This document shows positions 43,764 through 53,570 of a stretch of DNA of 64,000 bases, piece after piece. The notes under the pieces are model-generated. The model saw only the letters and a list, made by a program, of their open reading frames with translations. It did not search any database and had not been told where the DNA came from. Every line of letters starts with the position of its first letter. Within the stretch, counting starts at the first letter, position 1. Both the position numbers and the translations under genes were made by a program. This DNA comes from Patescibacteria group bacterium (GTDB taxonomy: Bacteria; Patescibacteriota; Minisyncoccia; Phycocordibacterales; UBA9973): NCBI GenBank assembly GCA_038063515.1, contig JBBTUY010000004.1:35717-99716 (forward strand), written 5' to 3'.

Positions 43764-44402
43764 CTAATTCATCTGAACTCTACCCGAAGGGTATATTTTT
43801 ATAAGTGCACTGCCACCTTTTGGTGAAATTACTGTAATCTGTACATATGATACGGCTCCTGCCAATGCGGTACCATTTGAGGTAAAATTCACCCCCGAAT
43901 TAACTCGTGAAAATGTTGCAGTTAAATTACTAGGAGTAGCAGAGACAGTACCAAAAACTTGAATTGCAGATATATAACTTCCTTTAGGAATAGAAACCTT
44001 ACCTAAACATTCTGTGGTTGTACAATGTGGCAAACCATCATAAATACCGTCACTGTCTAAATCGGTAAAATAAATAAACTTTTTATTAAAAAATATGCTG
44101 TCATTTGAGTCATTACTATTAGTTGAATCAAAATAAATACCGTAAGAAGGCTTCCACGTAGAGGGTACAGTAGTCGTAGGTAATTTACCCGACAATGCTG
44201 CTTTCTGAGCCTCCACTATCTTAAGTGCTATTTCATTACCTAAGTTTTTTGTATCAACCTTAGACTGGAAAAATCCGTAATTAAAAGTAATAACAGTGGA
44301 CATAAGAGAAAATATACCGAGAACAACGATAAGCTCCACATACGTCATACCTTTATTGTATTGTTTATGTTTTACTATTTTATTTTTATTTAAATGAAAC
44401 AT
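43764..44402 (-). CDS. Type IV pilus minor pilin / pseudopilin (GspH/FimT-like)
   Basis: GMTYVELIVVLGIF prepilin motif after a long basic leader. Confidence 0.7.
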   Translation of the reverse strand: MFHLNKNKIVKHKQYNKGMTYVELIVVLGIFSLMSTVITFNYGFFQSKVDTKNLGNEIALKIVEAQKAALSGKLPTTTVPSTWKPSYGIYFDSTNSNDSNDSIFFNKKFIYFTDLDSDGIYDGLPHCTTTECLGKVSIPKGSYISAIQVFGTVSATPSNLTATFSRVNSGVNFTSNGTALAGAVSYVQITVISPKGGSALIKIYPSGRVQMN

Positions 44403-44414
44403 TATTTAAAAGTT

Positions 44415-45251
44415 TTAAATTTGAAAAAAGCTGAAAATATATAAGTCTAGTATGAAAACAAGAAATGATCCAAAAACCAAATACGGGGCAAAAGGTATCT
44501 CACTTCTCATTTTATACCTCTTAGATATTATAACAAGCACAATACCTATGATTGCCCCAGACCAAAATGCAATAGCAGTAGCAGAAAGTATCCTTGAGAA
44601 GCCGAGTAGCCACCCGAGCCCTACTGCAAGCTTTGCGTCACCTAGTCCCATCCATGTACCACGTGAGACGAGCCAAAGTAGTGCGAAAGGTAGTGACACA
44701 GCTACGCCAGCCATGAAATCAAAAAGTGTGGGTATGTGAAATACAAAATATCCATGAGCGTTAAAGAAAAACATACCAATAAAGGCAAAGGCTGCCAACA
44801 TTAAAGAAAGCTGGTCGGGAATTATTTTATGCTTTATATCGTAGGTAGAGATTACTAAAAGAATTGAAAACATAAAAGCATAATACGTAAACACAAAAAT
44901 AAAATTAAAAACATCTATAAATAAGATGTCCTGAAATTTAATAAAAAGTGATACGAAAATAAGACCACTGGTGAGCTCTACGAGTGGATACTGTATAGAT
45001 ATCTTTGTCTTACAAATTTTACATCTCCCCATAAGCGCAAAGAAGCTAAATACTGGAATGAGCTCATACCATGAGAGCTTGTTCTGGCAGGTCATGCAGG
45101 CACTCCTGCCTCCAAGGGACTTCTTTGTATTTATCCTATATATGACAACATTTAAAAAACTCCCAATTATAACACCGAGACAGAAAAAGAAAATCATATA
45201 AGGCAAAATCATATATATAATTGTACCATAAATATAAAACTGAATAAACAA
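44415..45251 (-). CDS. pilD: Prepilin peptidase / N-methyltransferase PilD (peptidase A24)
   Basis: GSFLNVVIYR, zinc tetracysteine CMTCQNKLSWYELIPV...CKICKTKI, polytopic C-terminal catalytic domain. Confidence 0.85.
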   Translation of the reverse strand: MFIQFYIYGTIIYMILPYMIFFFCLGVIIGSFLNVVIYRINTKKSLGGRSACMTCQNKLSWYELIPVFSFFALMGRCKICKTKISIQYPLVELTSGLIFVSLFIKFQDILFIDVFNFIFVFTYYAFMFSILLVISTYDIKHKIIPDQLSLMLAAFAFIGMFFFNAHGYFVFHIPTLFDFMAGVAVSLPFALLWLVSRGTWMGLGDAKLAVGLGWLLGFSRILSATAIAFWSGAIIGIVLVIISKRYKMRSEIPFAPYLVFGSFLVFILDLYIFSFFQI

Positions 45252-45284
45252 AAAAAAGCCACCCTTGAGGTGGCTTTTTTTTGT
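45251..45284. terminator. Bidirectional intrinsic terminator A8-gccacc-cttg-aggtggc-T8, downstream of pilin gene 45297..45833
   Basis: Perfect 7-bp GC stem flanked by 8-nt A and T runs. Confidence 0.75.
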
Positions 45285-45296
45285 AAGAATTAAATT

Positions 45297-45833
45297 TTAA
45301 TCGCAACGATAACCACCTACTGCAGTAGCATTAGAAAATGCTGCAGTAAAGTTAACTAAAGTTGTTGGTGATGTACCAGTAAATGTTCTCTTTGTACCTT
45401 TGTTATCATTACAAAATGCCCCAGTAGAAGTTGATGCGGCAAAGAACCAAGTACCTGAAGTATTTGGATCAGCACCATTCCATCCGTAGTAAACATAAGT
45501 AGGTCCTGGTAAAGTAGAGGCTAGTGCGTACAAACTATTTAAAGAACTAGTTGTAGCGTTAAATAATGTTCCACTCGCAGCAGTACCAGCAGGCAATGCA
45601 CCAGTTATACCAGAACTGACCTGATATGCTGTTGGGGTTACATATGCAGTACCAGTCGTACCTGAAAACAAAAATCCTTGAGAAGTCATCTGGCTCAACT
45701 GGGAGACTATTTTTGCATCTCGGCTCTTACCTCTTGCAGAACCAAGGTAAGCAAGAACAACTGTTGCCAAGATAGCGATAATAGCTATGACTATCATAAG
45801 CTCGATCAAAGTGAAACCTTTTTTAGAATTCAT
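45297..45833 (-). CDS. pilA: Type IV major pilin (PilA-like), paralog 2
   Basis: MNSKKGFTLIELMIVIAIIAILA canonical class III signal; Thr/Ser/Gly-rich globular part; C-terminal Cys pair (FCNDN...YRCD). Confidence 0.8.
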   Translation of the reverse strand: MNSKKGFTLIELMIVIAIIAILATVVLAYLGSARGKSRDAKIVSQLSQMTSQGFLFSGTTGTAYVTPTAYQVSSGITGALPAGTAASGTLFNATTSSLNSLYALASTLPGPTYVYYGWNGADPNTSGTWFFAASTSTGAFCNDNKGTKRTFTGTSPTTLVNFTAAFSNATAVGGYRCD

Positions 45834-45878
45834 ATTAAATATAATTTAAATTAATAATACAAGCAGTACAATATATAG

Positions 45879-45908
45879 ATTATAACACATAACACCATAT
45901 AAAAACAA
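45879..45908 (-). promoter_or_regulatory. Promoter candidate for pilin paralog 2: -35 TTGTTT (45908..45903), 18-nt spacer with TG, -10 TATAAT (45884..45879).
   Basis: Read on the minus strand. The -35 overlaps the U-tract of the upstream terminator. Confidence 0.35.
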
Positions 45909-45945
45909 AAATACCCTGTGTTTTCCACAAGGTATTTTTGTAATA
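45901..45945 (-). terminator. Intrinsic terminator for pilin paralog 1 (imperfect 10-bp stem ataccttgtg/cacagggtat plus TTTTTGTTTTT)
   Basis: Stem-loop 45911..45935 followed on the minus strand by a long T-tract. Confidence 0.6.
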
Positions 45946-45976
45946 TTTTTTTAAATATTAATGAATCTAAAATAAT

Positions 45977-46456
45977 CTAGCTTGCAGCAGAGTTGTTGCA
46001 GATAACATTAGTACTAGAAGGACCTGCAGTTATGTCAGTCATACCTAAAGTACTTACACCTGCATACCCCGTACTATCTACACAGAAAAATGTACCGGTA
46101 GGTAGAGTAATCATAGCACCCCAAGCAGAAGGAGCTACACCAACAGCAGTATTTTGTCCACAACCAACTGTGTTTGGAGAAGCTGAAGCATTAGCAGCAT
46201 TCTTAAGAGCAAGTAAACTACCAGTAGTAGTAACAGCAGCGTTACAAAGATCTACGGCATATGTACCAGCAGCACCCACTCCAAGCTCAGCTTGTGCACG
46301 CATTGAAGACATACTTGCTTGAACAGAAGCGTCTTTACCTTTGTTTCTTGCAGTGTTAAGAGAAGCCAAAACAACTGAAGCTAAGATACCTATGATAGCA
46401 ACAACAACCAAGAGCTCGATCAAAGTGAAACCTTTTTTGAAATTCATTTTTTTCAT
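45977..46456 (-). CDS. pilA: Type IV major pilin (PilA-like), paralog 1
   Basis: MKKMNFKKGFTLIELLVVVAIIGILASVVLA class III signal. Start chosen at MKKMNF rather than the longer track ORF. C-terminal Cys pair (FFCVD...VICNN). Confidence 0.8.
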   Translation of the reverse strand: MKKMNFKKGFTLIELLVVVAIIGILASVVLASLNTARNKGKDASVQASMSSMRAQAELGVGAAGTYAVDLCNAAVTTTGSLLALKNAANASASPNTVGCGQNTAVGVAPSAWGAMITLPTGTFFCVDSTGYAGVSTLGMTDITAGPSSTNVICNNSAAS

Positions 46457-46505
46457 AATATTTTTAAAACTAATAATAATTGATAATTCGACTCCCACCC
46501 AAACG

Positions 46506-46572
46506 ATTATAGCCAGGCAGGTATATTTTTATATAAAGTAATTATATCATATGTAAAAACAAAAATACGCAA
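46506..46572 (-). promoter_or_regulatory. Promoter region for pilin paralog 1: -35 TTGCGT (46572..46567), 17-nt spacer, extended -10 TGATATAAT (46549..46541). A second TGGCTATAAT lies at 46515..46506.
   Basis: Read on the minus strand; an extended -10 compensates for a weaker -35. Confidence 0.35.
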
Positions 46573-46613
46573 ACAAGTTATCCACAGCAATACTGTCTAA
46601 TCAGTATATAATC

Positions 46614-47822
46614 TTAACTGATACCTCCAGCTAGGTTATATATAGGTATAAGTATAGAAGTAAGTAATATACCGACACCGAGACCAAGTACCACTATCAT
46701 CACAGGCTCTATGAGCCCGACGAGAGTGTCTACTGCGTCGTCCACCTCACGTGCATAAAAAGTAGCCAGTGTCTTTAAGATAGACCCGAGTGAGCCTGTC
46801 TCCTCTCCCACCTTTATCATTTGGACCATGATTCCTGGTATTTCTACTTTATATTTTTCAAATGCAGCAGATAATGAAGAGCCGGATTTAACCTTTTCCA
46901 TAATTTCTTCTAATATCTTTTTATACACACGACTTCCCACAACACTCGAAGTAACGTCAATAGACCTCAGTATTGGCACACCTGAGGAAAGAGTTGTGTT
47001 TAAATTGTCTGCGATTCTAGAAAGGTAGAGTGTTCGGTATAAGTTACCTACAACTGGCAGAGATAGTCGTGTATGGTCGAGATATGTCTTACCTGTCTCA
47101 GTAGAAGCAAGTCTCCAAACCCAAATACCTAAAAATACTAAGAAAATAATACCGAGGAAGCCATAATTAACAAATAAATCAGAAATTCCTATGATCACCT
47201 TTGTATATATTGGTACTTCCTGACCTGAATCTAGAATAATCTCTGAAAGTCTTGGGATAACAATAACGAACATAAGGATCATGACAACAAAGAAAGTAAT
47301 GATGACGAATACAGGGTAAATAAGAGCATTTCTGGTTTTAGAAGACAGAGAGTACTGACGATCTAAGTATTCAGACAAATGTAAAAATACTTCAGTTAGC
47401 TTTCCTGTCTCTTCCCCCACCTTTACCATGTTTACATAAAAGTCTGAAAAAACTTCCGGATGACGTGCAAGCGCACCTGATATAGACACACCAGCCTGAA
47501 GATCGTCGCTGATTTGAGTAAGCTTAACTCCTAAAAGCTTATTTTCAGTATTTACTGCGAGCATGTTAAAACATTTAAGAGCGGAGACTTGGGCATCAAA
47601 CAAAGTAGAGATTTGTCTAGACAATATGACCACATCTTTGTTTGAAACTTTGTTGAAAATAGAAAGATTGAGGAATTTCCTTGGTTCATCTGTATTTTTT
47701 ATAGAAATAATTACAAGACCACGCTTTTGTAGTCCGCTTATCGCCATGTCTCTACTCGGAGCGTCTATGTCTCCTTCTTTGCTTACACCCTTGTCATCTA
47801 TTGCTTTATATTTGAATAGCAT
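46614..47822 (-). CDS. pilC: Type IV pilus platform protein PilC (GspF family)
   Basis: Two T2SS-F repeats, 3 TM segments, 402 aa. Confidence 0.85.
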   Translation of the reverse strand: MLFKYKAIDDKGVSKEGDIDAPSRDMAISGLQKRGLVIISIKNTDEPRKFLNLSIFNKVSNKDVVILSRQISTLFDAQVSALKCFNMLAVNTENKLLGVKLTQISDDLQAGVSISGALARHPEVFSDFYVNMVKVGEETGKLTEVFLHLSEYLDRQYSLSSKTRNALIYPVFVIITFFVVMILMFVIVIPRLSEIILDSGQEVPIYTKVIIGISDLFVNYGFLGIIFLVFLGIWVWRLASTETGKTYLDHTRLSLPVVGNLYRTLYLSRIADNLNTTLSSGVPILRSIDVTSSVVGSRVYKKILEEIMEKVKSGSSLSAAFEKYKVEIPGIMVQMIKVGEETGSLGSILKTLATFYAREVDDAVDTLVGLIEPVMIVVLGLGVGILLTSILIPIYNLAGGIS

Positions 47823-47829
47823 ATATGTA

Positions 47830-48888
47830 TTAAATCATACGATCTAGGCCTTTTGGATTTAGAGAATACTGTCTCGCATTCTCTATAGAAATCTCCCCTG
47901 CACGAACAAGCTCTACTAGTGAGTGGTTTAAGTCCACCATCCCAGATTCAGAACCTGTTTCTATTACTACGTCTATCTCATGTGTTCTTTTTTCACGAAT
48001 AAGGTTTGACACAGCATTGTTATTTAAAAGAAGTTCGTATGCAGGTATGAGTCCCCCGTTAATGCGAGGTACAAGTCTCTGAGAAAATATCCCGAGTAAT
48101 CCAGAAGCAAGCTGAGAACGAATCTGGTCTTGCTGGTTGCCTGGGAATGAATCTATGATTCTGTCTATTGTCTGTGAAGCATTGTTTGTGTGTAAAGTAG
48201 AAAGTACGAGGTGGCCTGTCTCAGCGGCCGTTACAGCTGTAGCTATGGTCTCTGGCGTACGCATCTCACCTATCAAGATGACATTTACATCTTCACGAAA
48301 GACGGACTTCAGTGCAACATGGAAATCTTTGGTATCTATACCTACTTCGCGTTGATTAATTATTGATTTATTTGGAACATATACATGCTCAATAGGGTCC
48401 TCAATGGTGATGATATTGCGTGCTTGTTCGTTGTTTATTAGGTCTACCATTGCGGAAAGCGTAGTAGACTTACCTTGACCTACAGGTCCAACCACTAAGA
48501 AAAATCCCTGCTTTTTCCTTGCAATATCCGCCAAACTGTCAGGCAAATGTAAATCAGAAAATGTTTTAACCTTTGGCACTAAACGCAAGACAATATTTAT
48601 CAAACCTTTTTGAAAAAAAGCGTTACCACGAAGTCGCGCTTCTCCACGGAAATCATAAGAGAAATCCATTTCTTGATTTTCAAGAAAAAGATCGACCTTA
48701 CCAGGGGGTAATATTGCTTTTAATATTCCCATTATATCTTCTTCGGTGAGAGGTGCGTGTTTAACAAGAAATATTAACTCTCCGGAAACACGAATAGCCG
48801 GCACACGAGTCGTACCTATGTGCAAGTCAGATCCATCTTCACGGATGACATTTAAAACGAGATCTTCAAATAATTTTTTATAGTCCAT
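47830..48888 (-). CDS. pilT: Twitching-motility / pilus retraction ATPase PilT
   Basis: 352 aa; Walker A GPVGQGKSTTL, Asp box, His box AAETGHLVLSTLHTNNA; no GspE N-domain. Confidence 0.85.
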   Translation of the reverse strand: MDYKKLFEDLVLNVIREDGSDLHIGTTRVPAIRVSGELIFLVKHAPLTEEDIMGILKAILPPGKVDLFLENQEMDFSYDFRGEARLRGNAFFQKGLINIVLRLVPKVKTFSDLHLPDSLADIARKKQGFFLVVGPVGQGKSTTLSAMVDLINNEQARNIITIEDPIEHVYVPNKSIINQREVGIDTKDFHVALKSVFREDVNVILIGEMRTPETIATAVTAAETGHLVLSTLHTNNASQTIDRIIDSFPGNQQDQIRSQLASGLLGIFSQRLVPRINGGLIPAYELLLNNNAVSNLIREKRTHEIDVVIETGSESGMVDLNHSLVELVRAGEISIENARQYSLNPKGLDRMI

Positions 48889-48963
48889 TCGTTACTAAAA
48901 TTTATATTTATAATATATATTATTGTACCATGTAATAAAAGTTAGGAGAATAGCTCTATATTT

Positions 48964-49368
48964 TTATGTATTTGAAATAGCTATTTTCTTTGAAGTTATC
49001 TCCCCAACTTGTTCTAAAACTTCTTTTGGAGTACAGTTTGCTTTTATTATATATCCAGCGACGCCGAGAGCATTGCCTTGGTCGATGTCTGCCTGCTCGC
49101 TCTTGTTAGATAAAACTATTTTTATAGAATTTGGTGATAAGTTTTCAGCATTTATGCGTCCGAGCATTTCGAAACCATCAACTTCTGGCATAATAATATC
49201 CGTTAACAAAACATCTGGCTGTAAGCCACCCTTTATCTTACTCAAGGCATCTTCGGCTCCTGAAGACGTATGCACTTCATAATTGCTCTGACTAAACTTT
49301 AAAGCATACATATCTAAAAGAAAATTATCATCATCAACTATTAAAATTTTCTTCTTTTCTCCTTCCAT
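48964..49368 (-). CDS. Stand-alone response-regulator receiver domain (CheY/PilH-like)
   Basis: KILIVDDD, phospho-acceptor region VLLTDIIMPEVDGFEM, conserved Lys in GYIIK. 134 aa, no output domain. Confidence 0.75.
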   Translation of the reverse strand: MEGEKKKILIVDDDNFLLDMYALKFSQSNYEVHTSSGAEDALSKIKGGLQPDVLLTDIIMPEVDGFEMLGRINAENLSPNSIKIVLSNKSEQADIDQGNALGVAGYIIKANCTPKEVLEQVGEITSKKIAISNT

Positions 49369-49532
49369 AATATTTAAATTAAAATAATAATCTCAAAAAA
49401 AATACTTTTTATGGGAAACCTAGGGTTTATGATCTTTGTACACCTAGATTTTATTATAACACACAATGTTTTTTACTTAGACATGCTGTGTATAACTACA
49501 TAAAACTAGAGTAAATCGACAATTTAGACAAA

Positions 49533-51278
49533 TTACTCAGTAGCATCACTGAAATTATACACTTCCTTAAATGGAATGATACCGTTTACTGCTTTCAGCA
49601 TGGCATCTTCCCTCATCATAAGCATGCCCTTCTGGCGGACAGCTTTGTAAATTTCAGCCTCTATTGGATTTTTCAAAATTATACTTTGAACTTCTTTGTC
49701 TACTTTAAACATTTCAAATACCGCAACACGACCCCTCGTACCTGAAGGACATTCCGAAGACGGCACAGTGTCGTACATTTTACCATCCTCCCCTATTACT
49801 TTTTTGAACTGATCGGGTAAGTCTTTTAATTCTTCGTCTATTTGATTCTTAATCACAGGATCTATGGGTACTAATTTTCTTGATGATTCACATGTCATGA
49901 GAGCTAAACGCTGAGCCATAGATAAAATGAGGGTAGGAGCAATGAGGTAAGGGTCGACACCCATGTCTATAAGACGAGGAATGGCACCTATGGCATTGTT
50001 GGTATGCAAAGTAGAAAGAACTAAGTGCCCTGTAAGGGCCGCTTGAATGGCAAGCTGAGCTGTCTCCTTGTCACGTATTTCTCCTACCATTATTATATCT
50101 GGGTCCTGACGCATAATAGAGCGAAGACCATTTGCAAAAGTATACCCAATCTCAGGCATGACCTGTGACTGGCTTACATTTGGCATGTGGTACTCCACAG
50201 GGTCTTCGAGTGAAATAATATTATTTTTTTCTTTGTCTAATTCGTTCATCATAGAGTACAAAGTCGTAGACTTTCCAGAGCCAGTAGGTCCAGTGATGAG
50301 AATGATGCCGTAGGGTCGTGTTAATGCTTCTTTAACCATTTTCAAATTTTCAGGAGAGAGGTGTAGCTGATCGAGAGGCTTTACCCCCTTTTCAGAGTCA
50401 AGTATACGAATAACAACTTTTTCACCATAATACGCAGGCATAGTGGAGACACGAAAATCTATCTTGTGACCATCAATATTTGCACTAAAAGATCCGTCTT
50501 GAGGTTTTCTTTTTTCATCGAGTCTTAATTTTGCTAAAATTTTAATACGAGCTACGACTCCACTGTATACATTGAGTGGAAGGACTATGGAAGTATACAA
50601 AGCTCCGTCTACACGAAAACGAACTTTCACTTTTTCTCCAGTATGCTCTATGTGTATGTCAGAGGCATTACCTTCTATGGCGTTACGAAGCACAACTGCT
50701 ACTATTTTTATCACGGGAGCATCCTCCACTATCTTTGCCTCTTCATTTGGTTTAGTATTTTTTAATGTATCACTCAAATTTTCGTCTACTAAAGATTGCT
50801 CTTTAGCTTCGTCTTTGTTTAATATATCTAGGGCTTCTTCTACTTGAGTCGTTAAGCCTCTGTATATACCCATAGTGCGTTCATAGTCTCCTTTAGATAT
50901 GAGAAAAACCTTAAAAGGTACTCCTGCCTTGTTGGAAATAAACTGGAGTGCATCCATTGCTTGTATGTTTTCTGGATCAGTGACACCTACGTGAAGAACT
51001 CCATCTTTGAGGTCTATCGGGACAAAATTATAATGTGTAGCTGAATCCTCAGAAATATATTTAAGTGGATCAAATGTCAGCTCTTTTTCAGTAACTTTTA
51101 CAGCTGGTATACCTAAATACTCCCCCCTTAGTGAGAGAAGTTCTTGTTCTCCTATACCAGACTCTAGTAAAGCTTCATTAATATCTCCACTGTATTTCTC
51201 AACAGCACGAGCTTTGATCTCGCTTATCTGGTCTTCTTTTATTAGATTTTTTTCAACTAATGATTGTAGAAAACTCAT
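49533..51278 (-). CDS. pilB: Type IV pilus assembly (extension) ATPase PilB (GspE family)
   Basis: 581 aa; N-terminal GSPII_E_N domain; Walker A GPTGSGKSTTLYSM; tetracysteine-region equivalent; His box. Confidence 0.9.
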   Translation of the reverse strand: MSFLQSLVEKNLIKEDQISEIKARAVEKYSGDINEALLESGIGEQELLSLRGEYLGIPAVKVTEKELTFDPLKYISEDSATHYNFVPIDLKDGVLHVGVTDPENIQAMDALQFISNKAGVPFKVFLISKGDYERTMGIYRGLTTQVEEALDILNKDEAKEQSLVDENLSDTLKNTKPNEEAKIVEDAPVIKIVAVVLRNAIEGNASDIHIEHTGEKVKVRFRVDGALYTSIVLPLNVYSGVVARIKILAKLRLDEKRKPQDGSFSANIDGHKIDFRVSTMPAYYGEKVVIRILDSEKGVKPLDQLHLSPENLKMVKEALTRPYGIILITGPTGSGKSTTLYSMMNELDKEKNNIISLEDPVEYHMPNVSQSQVMPEIGYTFANGLRSIMRQDPDIIMVGEIRDKETAQLAIQAALTGHLVLSTLHTNNAIGAIPRLIDMGVDPYLIAPTLILSMAQRLALMTCESSRKLVPIDPVIKNQIDEELKDLPDQFKKVIGEDGKMYDTVPSSECPSGTRGRVAVFEMFKVDKEVQSIILKNPIEAEIYKAVRQKGMLMMREDAMLKAVNGIIPFKEVYNFSDATE

Positions 51279-51373
51279 CCCGTTAGAAATTTATATTTTA
51301 ATTATTAATACATAATATATTATACCTCATTTTAATCTTTTCGTTATTTCTAACGGAATTCATACAGAGGTAA

Positions 51374-51787
51374 TTAGTTTGTGGGATTGGTATTGTTTTT
51401 AGGGAGAGACGAGTTTGGTTGTGTGTTTGTAGAAATATTTACAGATGTTGAAACTTTATCAGACCCAATAGGAGCAAAAGGGTTAGGTCTACCTTCTGTG
51501 CCGTCAGGATTAAGTATTATAGTAGAGTCACGTAGTGATGTGAAAGCTGGATTAGAAAATATAGTTGCATCTAATTTTATCCCTTCCACAGACAAGAGGA
51601 GCGTGAGGAATTCTTGAGTGATAGTAGAGTCAGCAACATTAGTATCCGTAGGAACAACGCTACCAGACGGAGACGTGGTTACAAGATTACCTGATTCCTC
51701 CGGACTTTTCTTAACAAAGAAAATAAATATGAGGAGAAAAATTCCTGCAATTGCTGTAAATATTAAAATGTTTTTTAATTTCTTCAT
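51374..51787 (-). CDS. Hypothetical membrane-anchored Ser/Thr/Pro-rich protein in the PilP-like position of the pilMNO cluster
   Basis: N-terminal TM; low-complexity TNTQPNSSLPKNNTNPTN tail. Confidence 0.35.
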   Translation of the reverse strand: MKKLKNILIFTAIAGIFLLIFIFFVKKSPEESGNLVTTSPSGSVVPTDTNVADSTITQEFLTLLLSVEGIKLDATIFSNPAFTSLRDSTIILNPDGTEGRPNPFAPIGSDKVSTSVNISTNTQPNSSLPKNNTNPTN

Positions 51788-51790
51788 ATT

Positions 51791-52387
51791 TTAATTCTTT
51801 AACCAATAAGTCTTGATTTTAAAATCATGTTTGTATGTTGGAGTACCGGACTTTAAATCTATCTCCGAAGAAAAAGTTATTGATGATACATCTACTATGC
51901 GTAGATTGCTTTCAAGGTCTCGTGTAAAGTTTAGGAAATTTTCATATGTGCCAACAATAGAAAAGCTCAAATCCCACACACCGTATTCAGTAGAAACACC
52001 TGGTCCTGTAGCTCCTCCTGGGACCACTGATCCAGATCCTGGGGCTGTTGTTGTAGGGGCTGTTTTGATAGCATCATATTTCACATCTCTAAGAACCATG
52101 CCGTATGGTGCTGCAATCTTTTCTATTTCAAGAATGAGTCTGATGTTGTCGATACTGTCTGGAAGAAGCTTTTGTAGTTTTGCGAGGTCTTCAGTATTTA
52201 AGGCATTGTACTCAGCGGTTAATTTATCTCTTTGGTTTTCGAGTGCTTTAGAATTCTTTAAGGCCTCGTCATAAGACGCGACCTGACCACGAAGTTCTAC
52301 TACGTTAGTATAGAGAGGATTAGTAAATGCAAAAAATCCTGCAACTGCTATTCCTAATAAAATGATTGGTAAGATAAATCTAAGCAT
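51791..52387 (-). CDS. pilO: Type IV pilus inner-membrane alignment protein PilO
   Basis: N-terminal TM plus coiled coil and LLPDSIDNIRLILEIEKIA block. 198 aa. Confidence 0.65.
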   Translation of the reverse strand: MLRFILPIILLGIAVAGFFAFTNPLYTNVVELRGQVASYDEALKNSKALENQRDKLTAEYNALNTEDLAKLQKLLPDSIDNIRLILEIEKIAAPYGMVLRDVKYDAIKTAPTTTAPGSGSVVPGGATGPGVSTEYGVWDLSFSIVGTYENFLNFTRDLESNLRIVDVSSITFSSEIDLKSGTPTYKHDFKIKTYWLKN

Positions 52388-52389
52388 AA

Positions 52390-53031
52390 TTATGGATTTA
52401 ATTGAGGTGGCAAAATCCCTTCTACTGCTTGCTCCCTCTTTAGGAGATTAAGCTTATAATCTACAAATGATGGATCAACTGAGAAATCTAAATCGAAAAT
52501 AATGTTACCAGTCTCACTGAGTGTAAGGTTTGAAAAAACAGGTTCAATAAAATTCTTGTTCTTGCCGAAAAGATCTGACTGAAGTGCAAGATGGCTATAT
52601 CCCAAAGAAACACCAGACATCTTAACATTTACTCTGTCACCCAGATTGCCTCCGTAGGTATAGCTAAATTTAGTAAAACGAACACTCTTCATTGTGATAA
52701 GCTGAAGCTCTTCAAATATAGGACTAATGGCTATATGCTTGGTGAGGACTTGGTTTGCTGCGTGGAGCCTTCTGTCTAAAAGCCTGAGGCCTTCTATCTT
52801 TGTAGGCTCGAAACGATTCTTTGCTAGAGATAGGTCAGATTCCATTTTTGCAATACTTTTCAATTGGACTCCTTTATAAAAATAAAATGCTCCTGTGGTG
52901 ATGGCGACAGTGAGAACTATGAGAATACAAATCACGGTCAAAAAACCGATCGGCTTCGTGTATGTAGCAGAAGTATTTTCTCTAACCAAAGGTTTTTTAG
53001 GTATGAAAGATGTTTGAAAATTTTGTTCCAT
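52390..53031 (-). CDS. pilN: Type IV pilus inner-membrane alignment protein PilN
   Basis: Short cytoplasmic N-terminus, single TM, periplasmic domain. Adjacent to pilO with a 2-nt gap. Confidence 0.6.
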   Translation of the reverse strand: MEQNFQTSFIPKKPLVRENTSATYTKPIGFLTVICILIVLTVAITTGAFYFYKGVQLKSIAKMESDLSLAKNRFEPTKIEGLRLLDRRLHAANQVLTKHIAISPIFEELQLITMKSVRFTKFSYTYGGNLGDRVNVKMSGVSLGYSHLALQSDLFGKNKNFIEPVFSNLTLSETGNIIFDLDFSVDPSFVDYKLNLLKREQAVEGILPPQLNP

Positions 53032-53356
53032 TACTTTATATTGTATCTTTTATATTATATTACAAAAATATCTTTTAATGAAGCAAAGTGTGTATAACTT
53101 TATGCAAAGACAGAAAATAAATACAAGCTGGGAGTTTGGTAGATGAGAAAATAAAAAAGGCAGATAAGGGTATACACGTGTAACACCCTCATCTGCCCGA
53201 GCATTCAAATACAAGTATGCGGAATATTTTACTTATATTTGATATTTTTTTGCCAACAGGAAACTTAAAGCACTTTTGTCTAAAAAGTTGTAGTGTGAGA
53301 TTGAATAGTTGTGGAACATTTAGCGGACTTTTAGTGGTCCATAGAAAGGGGATAAA

Positions 53357-53513
53357 TATGAGAGAAAAAGGTTTGGCACAAGCGTGCACCCTGACGTTAG
53401 GGCTTGGGTTTGTTTTGCTGTTTCTTTCCTGGGTGGCGGCTGGAGCAGGAAACGAGATAGGTGGTTACGTCGCCATCATCTTCTTCGCATTAAGGGTGGC
53501 CGGATTTTGGTAG
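53357..53513 (+). CDS. Small (51 aa) two-TM hydrophobic protein in a locally GC-rich patch
   Basis: AAAGGGG SD 6 nt before the ATG. MREKGLAQACTLTLGLGFVLLFLSWVAAGAGNEIGGYVAIIFFALRVAGFW. The surrounding 140 nt are far more GC-rich than the flanks. Confidence 0.3.
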
Positions 53514-53543
53514 GTCATCAAAGCCACAAAAGTAAACTACCCC

Positions 53544-53570
53544 CACTAGCAAGAACGGTTCTTACTAGTG
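53544..53570. repeat. REP-like imperfect palindrome cactagcaagaacggttcttactagtg at the 3' end of the RAYT gene
   Basis: Same core (ctagcaagaacggttcttgctag) recurs at 54284..54312. Confidence 0.75.
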
